From an uncultured Clostridia bacterium (GTDB lineage: Bacteria; Bacillota; Clostridia; Christensenellales; CAG-917): a DNA stretch of 64,000 nucleotides. Of the stretch, positions 8,392 through 17,867 are shown in pieces. The stretch covers positions 5,125 through 69,124 of the forward strand of contig CALVKR010000008.1 in NCBI GenBank assembly GCA_944332995.1, read 5' to 3'. A model generated the notes under the pieces. It was not told where the DNA came from, made no database searches, and worked only from the letters and a program-made list of their open reading frames with translations. Position numbers and translations under genes: made by a program. Within the stretch, counting starts at the first letter, position 1; every line of letters begins with the position of its first letter.

Positions 8392-10974
8392 TTATTTAAT
8401 GACGAAACCGTCCTTTGTGTAGTCCACGGTTACCGTGGCGCCGTCCTCGAGGTTGCCCTCTAAAATCTTTCTTGCGAGCAAATTTTCGATGTTCGTCTGA
8501 ATATATCTCTTCAGAGGTCTGGCACCGAAGTTGGCGTCATATCCGCCCTCAACCACTTTGCTTAAAGCCTCGTCCGTCACCTTGAGGTTAAGATTTTGGT
8601 CTTTGAGTCTTGCGGCGAGTTTGTCGATAAGAAGTGCGGCAATCTTGGAAATTTCCTCTTTCTTGAGCGGTTTGAAAAGCACAATCTCGTCAAGTCTGTT
8701 CAAAAACTCAGGTCTGAATTTTTGTTTTAACATCTGGTCGATATCCTTTTTCGCCTCCTCGGACACGTCGCCGTTTTCCGATATCGAATCGAGAATGAGG
8801 CTGCTGCCGAGGTTGGACGTCAAAATGATGACCGTGTTTTTAAAGTCTACCGTCCTGCCCTGCGAATCGGTTATTCTGCCGTCGTCGAGCACCTGAAGCA
8901 GGATATTGAAAACGTCGGGGTGCGCCTTTTCTATCTCGTCGAAAAGAATGACGCTATACGGTTTGCGCCTTACAGCCTCGGTAAGCTGTCCGCCCTCGTC
9001 GTAGCCGACGTATCCGGGAGGTGCGCCTATAAGACGGGAAACGGAAAACTTTTCCATATACTCGGTCATATCTATACGAACGATGTTCTTTTCGTCGTCA
9101 AACAAATTTTGCGACAGAGTCTTTGCAAGCTCCGTCTTACCTACGCCGGTCGGACCCAAGAACAGGAACGAGCCTATAGGTCTGTTTTCATCGGCGATTT
9201 TTGCTCTGCTCCTCAAGATTGCTTCCGCCACTTTATCGACCGCCTCGTCCTGACCGACGACTCGTTTGTGAAGTTCATCGGAAAGGTGGAGAAGTTTTTC
9301 CTTTTCGCCTTCCATAAGTTTCGATACGGGAATGCCCGTCCACTTTGCCACTATCGACGATATCTCCTCTGCCGTCACTTCGTCACGGAGCAACTTTTTC
9401 TTTTTGTCGTCGCCGCTCTTTTTGTCGGCGTTTTTAAGTTCTTCATTGAGTTTGGGAAGCTCGCCGTATTGGATTTCCGCCGCTCTGGCATAATCGAAAT
9501 TGCGTTTTGCGTTTTCCATTTCCTGAGTCTTTTTTTCGATTTCGGCTTTTATTCCCTGCACGCCCGTGATGCCTTTCTTTTCGGCGTCCCACTGCGCCTT
9601 CATTTTTTCAAACTTGTCTTTGTTCTTTTTAAGCTCGTCTTTAAGTTTGGCAAGACGCTCGACGCTCAGTTTATCCGTCTCTTTAGAGAGTGCCATTTCC
9701 TCTATCTCAAGCTGAATTATCTTTCTCGATATGACGTCCATTTCAAGCGGCATACTGTCTATTTCCGTCCTTATGAGGGCGCACGCCTCGTCCACGAGGT
9801 CAATTGCCTTGTCGGGCAGGAATCTGTCGGTTATATATCTGTTTGAAAGCGTCGCCGCCGCCACGAGCGCCTCGTCGTGTATCCTGACGCCGTGATAAAT
9901 TTCGTATCTCTCTTTCAAGCCTCTCAATATGGCGATGGTATCCTCCACCGTAGGCTCGTCCACCATGACGGGCTGAAATCTTCTCTCTAGGGCGGCGTCC
10001 TTTTCGATATACTTGCGGTATTCATCCAACGTCGTTGCACCTATACAGTGAAGCTCGCCCCTTGCAAGCATGGGCTTTAACAGGTTGCCTGCGTCCATAC
10101 TGCCTTCCGTCTTACCCGCTCCGACAATGGTGTGGAGCTCGTCGATAAAGAGCAGCACTTCGCCCTCTTTGCTTTTGACCTCGTTAAGGACGGCTTTGAG
10201 CCTTTCCTCAAATTCGCCTCTGTATTTTGCGCCTGCGATGAGTGCGCCCATGTCGAGAGCAATGAGCTTTTTATCCTTCAGACCTTCGGGCACGTCCCCT
10301 CTGACGATACGCTGAGCAAGCCCCTCTGCGATAGCCGTTTTGCCGACGCCCGGTTCGCCTATCAAAACAGGATTGTTTTTAGTCTTACGGCTAAGTATTC
10401 TTATGACGTTTCGTATCTCGTCGTCACGGCCTATAACGGGGTCTAACTTTCCGTCTTTGGCCTTTTCGACAAGGTCTGTTCCGTATTTGGTCAGAGCCTC
10501 GAAATTTTCTTCGGCGCTGTCCGATGTATTAGGTGTGATTTTCATTTTCTTTACCTCCCCGATATATTTGTTTAAATCTACGTTATAGTTTGTAAAAACA
10601 GTCTTTAGATGTCCGCTCGCTTTCGAGAGCAAAACCTCGAACACGGTTTCCGTCCCGACAAACGAGTCGCCGTCCTTTTGCGCCTTTTTCTCGGCTGCGT
10701 TCAAAATATCCTGCACGGCGCCGTCGACGTAAAAGTTGTCGCCCGCAAGTTTTGTTACGGGTAGTTTTTTTATCTGCTTTTCAAGTTCGGATATAAGCCC
10801 ATTTGTATCCACTCCCGTCTTTTGAAGCGCCTTAAGACAAATGCTGTCCTCCGCCGTGATTAAAGCGTATGCCAAGTGTTCCGGGCTTATCTGATTGGAG
10901 CCGTTTTCTTTTGCTTTATCCTGAGCCGCTTTTAAACTTTCAAGCGACTTTCTGGTGAATTTTTCGATATCCAT
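8392..10974 (-). CDS. clpB: ATP-dependent chaperone ClpB
   Basis: 860 aa. Two Walker A motifs ([16 protein letters not shown]), [19 protein letters not shown] and a coiled-coil middle domain. Confidence 0.97.
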   Translation of the reverse strand: MDIEKFTRKSLESLKAAQDKAKENGSNQISPEHLAYALITAEDSICLKALQKTGVDTNGLISELEKQIKKLPVTKLAGDNFYVDGAVQDILNAAEKKAQKDGDSFVGTETVFEVLLSKASGHLKTVFTNYNVDLNKYIGEVKKMKITPNTSDSAEENFEALTKYGTDLVEKAKDGKLDPVIGRDDEIRNVIRILSRKTKNNPVLIGEPGVGKTAIAEGLAQRIVRGDVPEGLKDKKLIALDMGALIAGAKYRGEFEERLKAVLNEVKSKEGEVLLFIDELHTIVGAGKTEGSMDAGNLLKPMLARGELHCIGATTLDEYRKYIEKDAALERRFQPVMVDEPTVEDTIAILRGLKERYEIYHGVRIHDEALVAAATLSNRYITDRFLPDKAIDLVDEACALIRTEIDSMPLEMDVISRKIIQLEIEEMALSKETDKLSVERLAKLKDELKKNKDKFEKMKAQWDAEKKGITGVQGIKAEIEKKTQEMENAKRNFDYARAAEIQYGELPKLNEELKNADKKSGDDKKKKLLRDEVTAEEISSIVAKWTGIPVSKLMEGEKEKLLHLSDELHKRVVGQDEAVDKVAEAILRSRAKIADENRPIGSFLFLGPTGVGKTELAKTLSQNLFDDEKNIVRIDMTEYMEKFSVSRLIGAPPGYVGYDEGGQLTEAVRRKPYSVILFDEIEKAHPDVFNILLQVLDDGRITDSQGRTVDFKNTVIILTSNLGSSLILDSISENGDVSEEAKKDIDQMLKQKFRPEFLNRLDEIVLFKPLKKEEISKIAALLIDKLAARLKDQNLNLKVTDEALSKVVEGGYDANFGARPLKRYIQTNIENLLARKILEGNLEDGATVTVDYTKDGFVIK

Positions 10975-11043
10975 TAGTCTATACCTCCTTTTTTTGGTAT
11001 GTTAAATCAGACCTTCAAGGCCGAGCGGTTGTAGCGATAGATT

Positions 11044-11679
11044 TCAGATTAGCTGATTTTGGACGTAAACGCTGTCCTTATAGAATTTTTCGACGTCCTC
11101 TTTTGAAGCGAGTTTACCCGAAGCGTAATCTTTGAGCGCCTTGTCAAACAAGCGGACGTATCTGCCTATTGCCTGCGAAATATATATTATGCTAAAAGAA
11201 ACGTTTTGCGGCAAGACGAACGTCCTTTGAAACTTGTTGCCGTCTTTTACGTATCCTATGACGTCGTGGCACAGTTCCGATTCCGTTGCCATCCAGAGAT
11301 TGATAAATTCGTCTATCCTTTCTGTCAACTCCTCGCTCGTAGTCCTCCACTGCACCTTTAAAACGCCGATTGCCCTTTCCATAGCCTTACCGAGTTCGAG
11401 CTCGTATTTTACGGTAGGCTTATACTTATAATCGAGCGACGTCTTAAGCGCCATAGACCTGCTGTTAGACGGAAGAAGCGCCTCGAAGTATCCGCCGAGT
11501 ATTTTGTCAAGCTCGGCAAAAATACTTCTCATCTGCTGTTGCGGGGTTTCGACTTGTAAATATTCCGCCAAAATCTCGTTTATGAGATTGCTTCTGTTAG
11601 TTCCGCGTATGTTCGCTTCACTGTCGACCGCCGCGACTACGTTGTCCGACAAAATCAAGCTGTATAACGATTTACTCAT
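11044..11679 (-). CDS. Putative ribbon-helix-helix (CopG-like) DNA-binding protein upstream of clpB
   Basis: N-terminus YSLILSDNVVAAVDSEA...TNRSNLINEILAEYL fits an RHH strand-helix-helix pattern. AGGAGG SD. No terminator is visible before clpB. Confidence 0.55.
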   Translation of the reverse strand: MSKSLYSLILSDNVVAAVDSEANIRGTNRSNLINEILAEYLQVETPQQQMRSIFAELDKILGGYFEALLPSNSRSMALKTSLDYKYKPTVKYELELGKAMERAIGVLKVQWRTTSEELTERIDEFINLWMATESELCHDVIGYVKDGNKFQRTFVLPQNVSFSIIYISQAIGRYVRLFDKALKDYASGKLASKEDVEKFYKDSVYVQNQLI

Positions 11680-11696
11680 CCAAACCTCCTCTTTAC

Positions 11697-11735
11697 TGAC
11701 AATGACAGCATACTACCTTTAAAAACTTTTGTCAA
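11697..11735 (-). promoter_or_regulatory. Sigma-A promoter TTGACA-17-TATGCT with TGTCA repeats at the start site
   Basis: -35 at 11735-11730, -10 at 11712-11707, TGACA copies (plus strand) at 11697 and 11703. Confidence 0.65.
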
Positions 11736-11904
11736 GTTTTTTATATAATTTTCTTTTCAAATTTTTAAAATATTTTTTTATCTTTCCCATAAAGCACCTC
11801 CGAAGTTATTATTTGCAAAATTTTATTTATTAAAGATTTTTTATAAAACCCAAAGCGCAAACAAAATTTTGTCCTATAAATTTTGCCTATGGCATATAAA
11901 AACA

Positions 11905-11928
11905 AAAGCCGTCGTAACCGACGGCTTT
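11905..11928 (-). terminator. Intrinsic terminator after the Mrp/NBP35 gene
   Basis: aaagccgtcg-taac-cgacggcttt, followed by a T-tract on the minus strand. Confidence 0.75.
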
Positions 11929-11972
11929 AAATTTGTTATTAAAGTATTTTAAAATTAAGTTTTTATTTAAGT

Positions 11973-12809
11973 TTAAAATTGCTTTTTATTTTTCGTCTTT
12001 TCTATTTCGTCCGCTATGGAATCGAGATAATCTCCCTCGTAAAGCTCCATAAGTCCCCTGTCGGCGACGGTGGCGTAGTCTTTAGAAATGGGGAGCGATG
12101 CCGTGCTCTTTATTCCAAACTTCTTTGCCGTCTCAAGGACGTTGTTTTCGCCGAACACGTAAATTTTTTCCTTACACTTGGGACATTCGACGTAGGACAT
12201 ATTCTGAGCAAGTCCGACAATGGGTATGTTCATGAGTTTTGCCATATTGACCGCCTTTTCGACTATCATCGTGACGAGCTCCTGCGGCGAGGTAACGACC
12301 ACAATTCCGTCCACGGGAAGTGATTGGAATACCGTCAGCGGAACGTCGCCCGTGCCGGGAGGCATATCCACAAAGAGGTAGTCGACGTCGCCCCAAATGA
12401 CGTCCGTCCAGAATTGTTTGACGGTGCCGGCAATTATCGGGCCTCTCCATACGACGGGGGAAGCAGGGTCCTCGAGCAAGAGGTTTAAAGATACCACCTT
12501 TATCTTCTCTTTTGCGGTAACGGCGGGATAAATTCCCGTATTGTCGCAATCGAGTCTGCCGTCAAGTTTGAACATCTTAGGGATAGAAGGACCGGTTATA
12601 TCTGCGTCCAAAATACCCACCTTAAAGCCGCGGCGAGCCATCGTAACGGCGAGCATCGACGTCACCATCGATTTACCCACTCCGCCTTTACCGCTTACGA
12701 CTCCGATGACTTTCTTGACGTTTGAAAGTTCGTTTTGTTTTTCAATCATGCTTCTCGAGGAGCAATCCTCTTTACAGGAAGAACAATCGTGTGTGCAATT
12801 TTCGCTCAT
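11973..12809 (-). CDS. Mrp/NBP35 family ATP-binding Fe-S cluster carrier
   Basis: N-terminal CTHDCSSCKEDC, SGKGGVGKS, DADITGPSIP, WRGP, DMPPGTGD, CPKC. Confidence 0.93.
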   Translation of the reverse strand: MSENCTHDCSSCKEDCSSRSMIEKQNELSNVKKVIGVVSGKGGVGKSMVTSMLAVTMARRGFKVGILDADITGPSIPKMFKLDGRLDCDNTGIYPAVTAKEKIKVVSLNLLLEDPASPVVWRGPIIAGTVKQFWTDVIWGDVDYLFVDMPPGTGDVPLTVFQSLPVDGIVVVTSPQELVTMIVEKAVNMAKLMNIPIVGLAQNMSYVECPKCKEKIYVFGENNVLETAKKFGIKSTASLPISKDYATVADRGLMELYEGDYLDSIADEIEKTKNKKQF

Positions 12810-12890
12810 TTATATCTCCTTTAAAGCCGTTTGGCTTAAGATTTTCTTTTATACCGTCTTTAGCTTTGACGTTAAGCCTGACGGTTTAAG

Positions 12891-13193
12891 TTATAACGTC
12901 ATAAAAAACTCTTTTTTGACCTTGCCGTATTCGTCGAATTCCACTCCGTCCGCCTCGAGCAATCTGCGCTGTTCGCCCTCTCCGCCAAAGGCGAATCCTT
13001 TTGACAGCGAGCCGTCTTTAAACACCACCTTATAGCACGGGATAGTTTCGGGCGACGGATTGACGTGCAACGCCCAACCCACCTGCCTCGACGCTTTCGG
13101 CTTGCCGCACAATAGCGCAATCGTGCCGTAACTTGCCACCTTGCCCTCGGGTACGCTCCGGACCGCTTCGTATACCTTTTCAAAAAAATTCAT
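12891..13193 (-). CDS. O6-methylguanine-DNA methyltransferase-like (Ogt/ATL, DNA-binding domain only)
   Basis: VPEGKVASYG.IA...G.P.A.RQVG.AL..NP....IPCYKVV, QRRLLEADGV. Confidence 0.86.
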   Translation of the reverse strand: MNFFEKVYEAVRSVPEGKVASYGTIALLCGKPKASRQVGWALHVNPSPETIPCYKVVFKDGSLSKGFAFGGEGEQRRLLEADGVEFDEYGKVKKEFFMTL

Positions 13194-13464
13194 ACCTTGG
13201 TTAATATATCACCTAAGACAAAATAAAGCAAGGAATACGCTTTATAAAAACTTTTTTTATCCTGTGTCTACCACCATTTACGTTTAAATCGCAAAAAACG
13301 TCAAATCGATGGTTTTCCTGAATTTTAGCCTTAGCTGAAAACTTCAACGTATTTGCCGTGACTATGCATTGTATCGCTTTAAATTTTCAAAGCAAAACAA
13401 ATAAGAAAATTCGGGCGCCTAATACGCAAAACCGCTATTGCCCGAAAGGGGTAAAAAGCGCAAA

Positions 13465-13788
13465 TCACAGCTTTAACGTAAGCGATATTGAATATATATC
13501 GTCAAAAAAAATTTTGTTATAATTTATCTCCAAAAACTTGTAGGCATTGCTTATCTTCGTCACCTCGCCTATGACCGTGACGTAGTGCCCGTTTTTATAT
13601 ATGCACGCTTCAACGGCGCTGCCTACCGAAAGTTTTAAAAGCGTATCGGATATGGCTTTTGTCGTTTCCTCGTCCAGCACCGTCTTTTCCACTCGGCTGT
13701 GGCGCTCCTCCACGGCGGCGAGTTTTTTTCGCAATCCCGTCAGGGCGTCAAAAGGCATAAACTGTTTTGCCCGCTCACTCCTCTCCAC
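13465..13788 (-). CDS. YolD-like protein
   Basis: RAKQFMPFDALTG signature. GTG start overlapping the end of the polymerase gene, with GAGG SD. Confidence 0.82.
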   Translation of the reverse strand: MERSERAKQFMPFDALTGLRKKLAAVEERHSRVEKTVLDEETTKAISDTLLKLSVGSAVEACIYKNGHYVTVIGEVTKISNAYKFLEINYNKIFFDDIYSISLTLKL

Positions 13789-15040
13789 CGTTGTGTCCTC
13801 CTATCATCTTGTTCCTCTCTCGCTGAGTCGCTCCCTCTTTAAAATCTATCGCCCGAAGCATAGCGTTTTTGCCGAATTTTTCTTTTATGCTCAGCACCGC
13901 CTTTTCCGCCTTGTTTTCCTTGGCAATCTTTTCGTAGTCGCAAAACAGGTCGTATCCCTCTGCACTCTCGTCCGCTATATCGGGGAAAGTCACGCACAGC
14001 TTTCTTATGGGCGCTCCCTTTACCGTGGTAGCGTCAAACGCCTTTAAGCCGTATTCGTTCAAAATCGAAAAGGCGTTCGTTGCGGCGTGCACGTTGAGCA
14101 CCTCGCCCGTGGACGGAATATACCCTCTCGAATAAACCACGCCTATGCCCACCTTGGACGTTATCATCTTCCGTTTTTTGAGCTGTTGGCTCGCCTCTAA
14201 AATCATTTCGGAAATTATTATCCTCGCCTCGTCAAACGGCGTATCTTTAAACAGCACCTGCGAATTGGAAATGGATTTAGATTTGCTTTTATAGTTATGG
14301 ATATCCTCGAGCGTGCAAGGCTCGATACCGTTTGCGTGGTCTATCATCAGTTCGGCGTCTATTCCGAAAATGCGGTATAAAAGTTCCTCGGGCGCCTCGG
14401 CTATGTCACGCATAGTCTTTATCCCGTATTTTGCCAGCCTGTCCGACTTACCCTTGCCTATTCCCCAGAAATCGGTGAGAGGCGTATAATCCCAAAGTTG
14501 CTCTTTAAACAGTTTTTCGTCAAGATAGCCTATGTGGTCCTTTGTCCTCTTAGCCGTTATATCGAGAGCTATTTTGGCAAGATACATATTCGTCCCTATC
14601 CCCACCGTGGCAGGAATTTTAAGACGGGAGGCTATCTCGTCAAGAAGCATTTTGGCAAACTGCACAGGCGTTTTTTCGTATAGTTTTAAATAATCGGTGG
14701 CGTCGATGAAAGCCTCGTCGATAGAATATTGATACACGTCCATTTTGTCCATATAGTCGAGGTAAATGGAATATATCTCGGCGCAATAATCCTCATACAG
14801 TCCCATGCGGGGCATGGCGACGATAAAATCCATTCCCTTGGGGATATCTCCTAAACGACAGCGGTTTTTGACGCCCAGCGATTTCATTTTGGGACTTATC
14901 GCAAGGCATATGGTATTCGAGCTTCTTGTCGGGTCGGCAACTACGAGGTTGACCTCAAACGGATTCAACTCCCTTTCGGCGCACTCGACCGAGGCGTAAA
15001 ACGATTTCATATCTATACATAAATAAGTCCTTTGCTTCAT
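13775..15040 (-). CDS. Y-family (UmuC/DinB-like) translesion DNA polymerase
   Basis: CIDMKSFYASVE and YSIDEAFID catalytic motifs, AKIA, FWGIG HhH, C-terminal FGKNAMLRA. Confidence 0.93.
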   Translation of the reverse strand: MKQRTYLCIDMKSFYASVECAERELNPFEVNLVVADPTRSSNTICLAISPKMKSLGVKNRCRLGDIPKGMDFIVAMPRMGLYEDYCAEIYSIYLDYMDKMDVYQYSIDEAFIDATDYLKLYEKTPVQFAKMLLDEIASRLKIPATVGIGTNMYLAKIALDITAKRTKDHIGYLDEKLFKEQLWDYTPLTDFWGIGKGKSDRLAKYGIKTMRDIAEAPEELLYRIFGIDAELMIDHANGIEPCTLEDIHNYKSKSKSISNSQVLFKDTPFDEARIIISEMILEASQQLKKRKMITSKVGIGVVYSRGYIPSTGEVLNVHAATNAFSILNEYGLKAFDATTVKGAPIRKLCVTFPDIADESAEGYDLFCDYEKIAKENKAEKAVLSIKEKFGKNAMLRAIDFKEGATQRERNKMIGGHNGGEE

Positions 15041-15378
15041 ACTTACCGCAGTCGGCTCTGTTTTGTCCGACTCTTTGTGTAAACCTTTAAACGGTTCCTT
15101 TTTTTATTTCCTTCGTTATTTATTTTGCTATTTACTTGCTTTGTTATTTATTTTGCCACTTATTATATTGATATTTATTTTTATTTTGTTGTGTCCTTTG
15201 ATATTGTCTGATTTATTATTCCCTTTATTTTCGTTAAACAACCGCTTCAGTCTTTTATTTTAAAAGGCTGTATTTAAATTTTTTACGGCGTTTAAACTCG
15301 ATACGGCATACCTAAAACTTTTTCAAATAATTTACGATAGCTTTTTGCCGTCCCCGTCTTTGCCGTCCGACTTTACGT

Positions 15379-15999
15379 CTATACAGTGTGTATGACCTTT
15401 TCCACGACGCCGACGATTTCCCACGGCACGGTAGGGCGAATATCTTTATATACCCTCTCTCCGTTTTCCGTAGCCGGGTTAGACGGCTTTAAATAGAGTC
15501 CGTCCCCGTCCTTGGCAAGAATTTTTGCCGTAGCTTCGTCGCCTATGAGTGCGATAACCACCTTTCCCACGGGTGCGCTTTTACAAGCGGATACCACCAT
15601 AAGGTCCTTATCGTATATCCCCGAACCCGTCATAGAATTTCCCTTTGCCTGCAAAATAAAATGCTCGCCCTCGCCGAAAATCTCGACGGGCAAGGTGACT
15701 GCGCCTTTGACGTTCTCTATGGCGCAGATAGGCTCGCCGCAGGCGCACTCGCCCACTATCAGAGCGGATTTAGTTGCGCCCGCCCTGAGGTTGTCGGGAA
15801 CGGCTATCGGGCAATCGGAATGAGTTGCAAGGCGTCCCCTCTCTTTTAAAACTTCCACGTCGAACGCCACTCTCGAAAGAGAGGAGTGTCCGCACCCCTT
15901 CATTATCTGTCTGAACGTCGGGCTTTTCCCCTCCGTCCTTTGGAACGCCAAAATAAAATCTTCCGTCCGCTCCAGCCTTTTTTCGTCGATAGGTTTCAT
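15379..15999 (-). CDS. LexA-like repressor (wHTH + S24 peptidase)
   Basis: SPTFRQIM..CGHSSLSRV wHTH, GECACGEP cleavage-site region, AKGNSM (Ser), EATAK (Lys). Confidence 0.85.
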   Translation of the reverse strand: MKPIDEKRLERTEDFILAFQRTEGKSPTFRQIMKGCGHSSLSRVAFDVEVLKERGRLATHSDCPIAVPDNLRAGATKSALIVGECACGEPICAIENVKGAVTLPVEIFGEGEHFILQAKGNSMTGSGIYDKDLMVVSACKSAPVGKVVIALIGDEATAKILAKDGDGLYLKPSNPATENGERVYKDIRPTVPWEIVGVVEKVIHTV

Positions 16000-16195
16000 A
16001 TATGCGTCAACCTCTCTTTATATTTTTACGTTTAAACGATGCGATGCCCTTTACCCCTCGCTTATGTTTTATTGCGCTTCACCTGCATTTGGCTTCACCG
16101 TTTATAAAACCTGCTCATCGCCATTTTCGCCGCAGGCTTATTTGCATTGCCTATTGCGTCGTATAACGGATAAAGGCAAAACGAATAAACTTAAC

Positions 16196-16244
16196 GGAAC
16201 GCCTCGTTCCTTTAAAATATACCACATACCAAAATTAAAATCAA
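16196..16244 (-). promoter_or_regulatory. lexA-like promoter (TTGATT-17-TATATT, extended TG) with palindrome GGAACG-N3-CGTTCC over the predicted start site
   Basis: -35 at 16244-16239, -10 at 16221-16216, palindrome at 16196-16210. Confidence 0.65.
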
Positions 16245-16285
16245 TTTATTTTAAAAAATAATTTTACCTATTATTGCCAAAAAAA

Positions 16286-16303
16286 CCGCACCCTGCGGTG
16301 CGG
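16286..16303 (-). terminator. Intrinsic terminator after the GNAT gene
   Basis: ccgcacc-N4-ggtgcgg, followed by a T-tract on the minus strand. Confidence 0.75.
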
Positions 16304-16394
16304 AAAATCAGATATAGGCCATGTTTACCTATCCGTTAGCAAGCAAAATTTTTGTTAAACTTTCATTTACAGCGTTTTATTTTTGCTTTATGTT

Positions 16395-16949
16395 TTATTT
16401 ACGGTCAAACAGCATTCGTTTCCCGTCCGGCGAATATATCTTTCCCGACACCGTGCCGCCCGACAGCTTATAAAATATCTGCGAATATTCACGGTAGTCG
16501 ACCTCCGCCTTTTGCGAAAGTATTAAAAATCTGCCGCCCACTTCCTCGACAAAATATCCCGTGTTTATAAATCCGTTTTTGAGATAAAAATTTAAGCGCC
16601 TTTTTCTTTCGTCTATGTTTGGCGCATTCTCGTCCAAAGGCTCAATGTGAAGCACGACCGTTTTGTCGGGGTGGCTATCCTTTAAATAAGTCAATATCTT
16701 ACCGCCGTAGCCCTGCCCCCTCACAGCTTCGGATACGGCAAGATAGAGCACCAAAAAGAGCGTGTCCGATTCCACCGAATAGGAAAAACCGCAAAAGGTT
16801 CCGCCGTCGTAAAACGCCGTCAAAGATATATCCCGTCTTTTGGAAAAACGTTTTATAAGAAAAAACGGCACTCTCTCGCTGCGAGGAAAAGCGTGCTTAT
16901 ACAGCTTTTTTATCTCTTTAAAATTTTTTATTTCGTTTAACGCCTGCAT
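16395..16949 (-). CDS. GNAT family N-acetyltransferase
   Basis: YKHAFPRSER, YLAVSEAVRGQGYGGKIL acetyl-CoA motif, RRLNFYLKNGF. Confidence 0.82.
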   Translation of the reverse strand: MQALNEIKNFKEIKKLYKHAFPRSERVPFFLIKRFSKRRDISLTAFYDGGTFCGFSYSVESDTLFLVLYLAVSEAVRGQGYGGKILTYLKDSHPDKTVVLHIEPLDENAPNIDERKRRLNFYLKNGFINTGYFVEEVGGRFLILSQKAEVDYREYSQIFYKLSGGTVSGKIYSPDGKRMLFDRK

Positions 16950-17402
16950 ACCGTCCTGCCTTACGTTGGAATATTAAAATCTGTCGTTCGTGTTAAAGCT
17001 AAAGATTTCACCTGTTAATTTTACCATATTAAAAGGATATGTCAACACAGCGTTTACCCTAAAATATTTTAATGCGGTTTTTGCCCAAAATATTTCAATG
17101 CGGCTTTATCTCCTAAAAATCATAAAATAAAACGCCAAAAACGCCGTTATCCTATACAGACGACGGTATGTAAAATTGCCCATACGATAAGCGACGCAAT
17201 CGTATGGCTTTAAAATCGGAAAGGACGTGCCGCAGCACGCCCTCTCCGATTTTTTTAGATTTATTGGGAGCTTTTAGTATGTCGGGCATTTTATATTATA
17301 GTTGCCCGAATAATTAAAAAGCAAATGTATTCCGTCCGACTTAAAATGATGAGCTGTATAAACTGCCATCGGCTAAAAACTCAAAAGTCAAACGGCATTA
17401 AG

Positions 17403-17744
17403 CTATGCTATTGCGCTTAAGATTTTATTGCGGTTTACCACCTTAGCTTTTTTGTAACAGAGGAATATATCGACAAAATTCCATATACCCAAAGTCAGCC
17501 AGCCCAGCAAAAGTTTGGCAATGCCTATACCTATGTCCCCTAAATAAAATCTGTCGATAGAAAGTCCCCCCAAAAACAAAGACAGCGCCACACAGCCGCC
17601 CGGGCTCTTAAGAGGCAATGAGGTTATATCCACAACACATTCGTCGCTTGCCGCTTGCAACGCCTGACGAACCATTGCAATGTCCTGAGACGGTATCTTA
17701 TCCGAAATCCTCGACATCACAATAGCAATTTTCTCGTTTGTCAT
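17403..17744 (-). CDS. TM2 domain-containing membrane protein
   Basis: LSLFLGGLSIDRFYLGDIGIGIAKLLLGWLTLGIWNFVDIF. AGGAG SD. Confidence 0.82.
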   Translation of the reverse strand: MTNEKIAIVMSRISDKIPSQDIAMVRQALQAASDECVVDITSLPLKSPGGCVALSLFLGGLSIDRFYLGDIGIGIAKLLLGWLTLGIWNFVDIFLCYKKAKVVNRNKILSAIA

Positions 17745-17782
17745 AATTTCTCTCCTTTTTGAAATTTATTTTTACATATTTT

Positions 17783-17861
17783 GGAACATTTTGTTCCATA
17801 TTTATATTATATAGAACAATATGTTCCGTGTCAAGCATAGCGGAACATTTTGTTCTAAAAT
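17783..17861. promoter_or_regulatory. Divergent promoters with three (G/A)GAACA-N3-TGTTC(C/T) operators
   Basis: Copies at 17783-17797, 17813-17827 and 17842-17856. Minus-strand TTGACA(17834-17829)-17-TATAAT(17811-17806). Plus-strand TAAAAT at 17856-17861. Confidence 0.8.
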
Positions 17862-17867
17862 TATATT

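Noticed and set aside
8920-9846. Long plus-strand ORFs opposite real genes (e.g. 8920-9846, 6325-7215, 56949-57686, 22405-23061)
   Set aside because: These are antisense shadows of well-supported genes, with no motifs or SD.
13425-13462. c-di-GMP-I riboswitch-like string (GCAAAACC...CCCGAAAGGG)
   Set aside because: It lacks the second stem, lies at the 3' end of yolD, and is better explained as a terminator hairpin.
15063-15263. 66-aa hydrophobic plus-strand ORF
   Set aside because: It is a by-product of T-rich low-complexity sequence, with a TTG start and no SD.
16196-17856. Canonical Bacillota SOS boxes
   Set aside because: All four palindromes have a 5-nt spacer between GAAC and GTTC, not 4. 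They are reported as a distinct motif.
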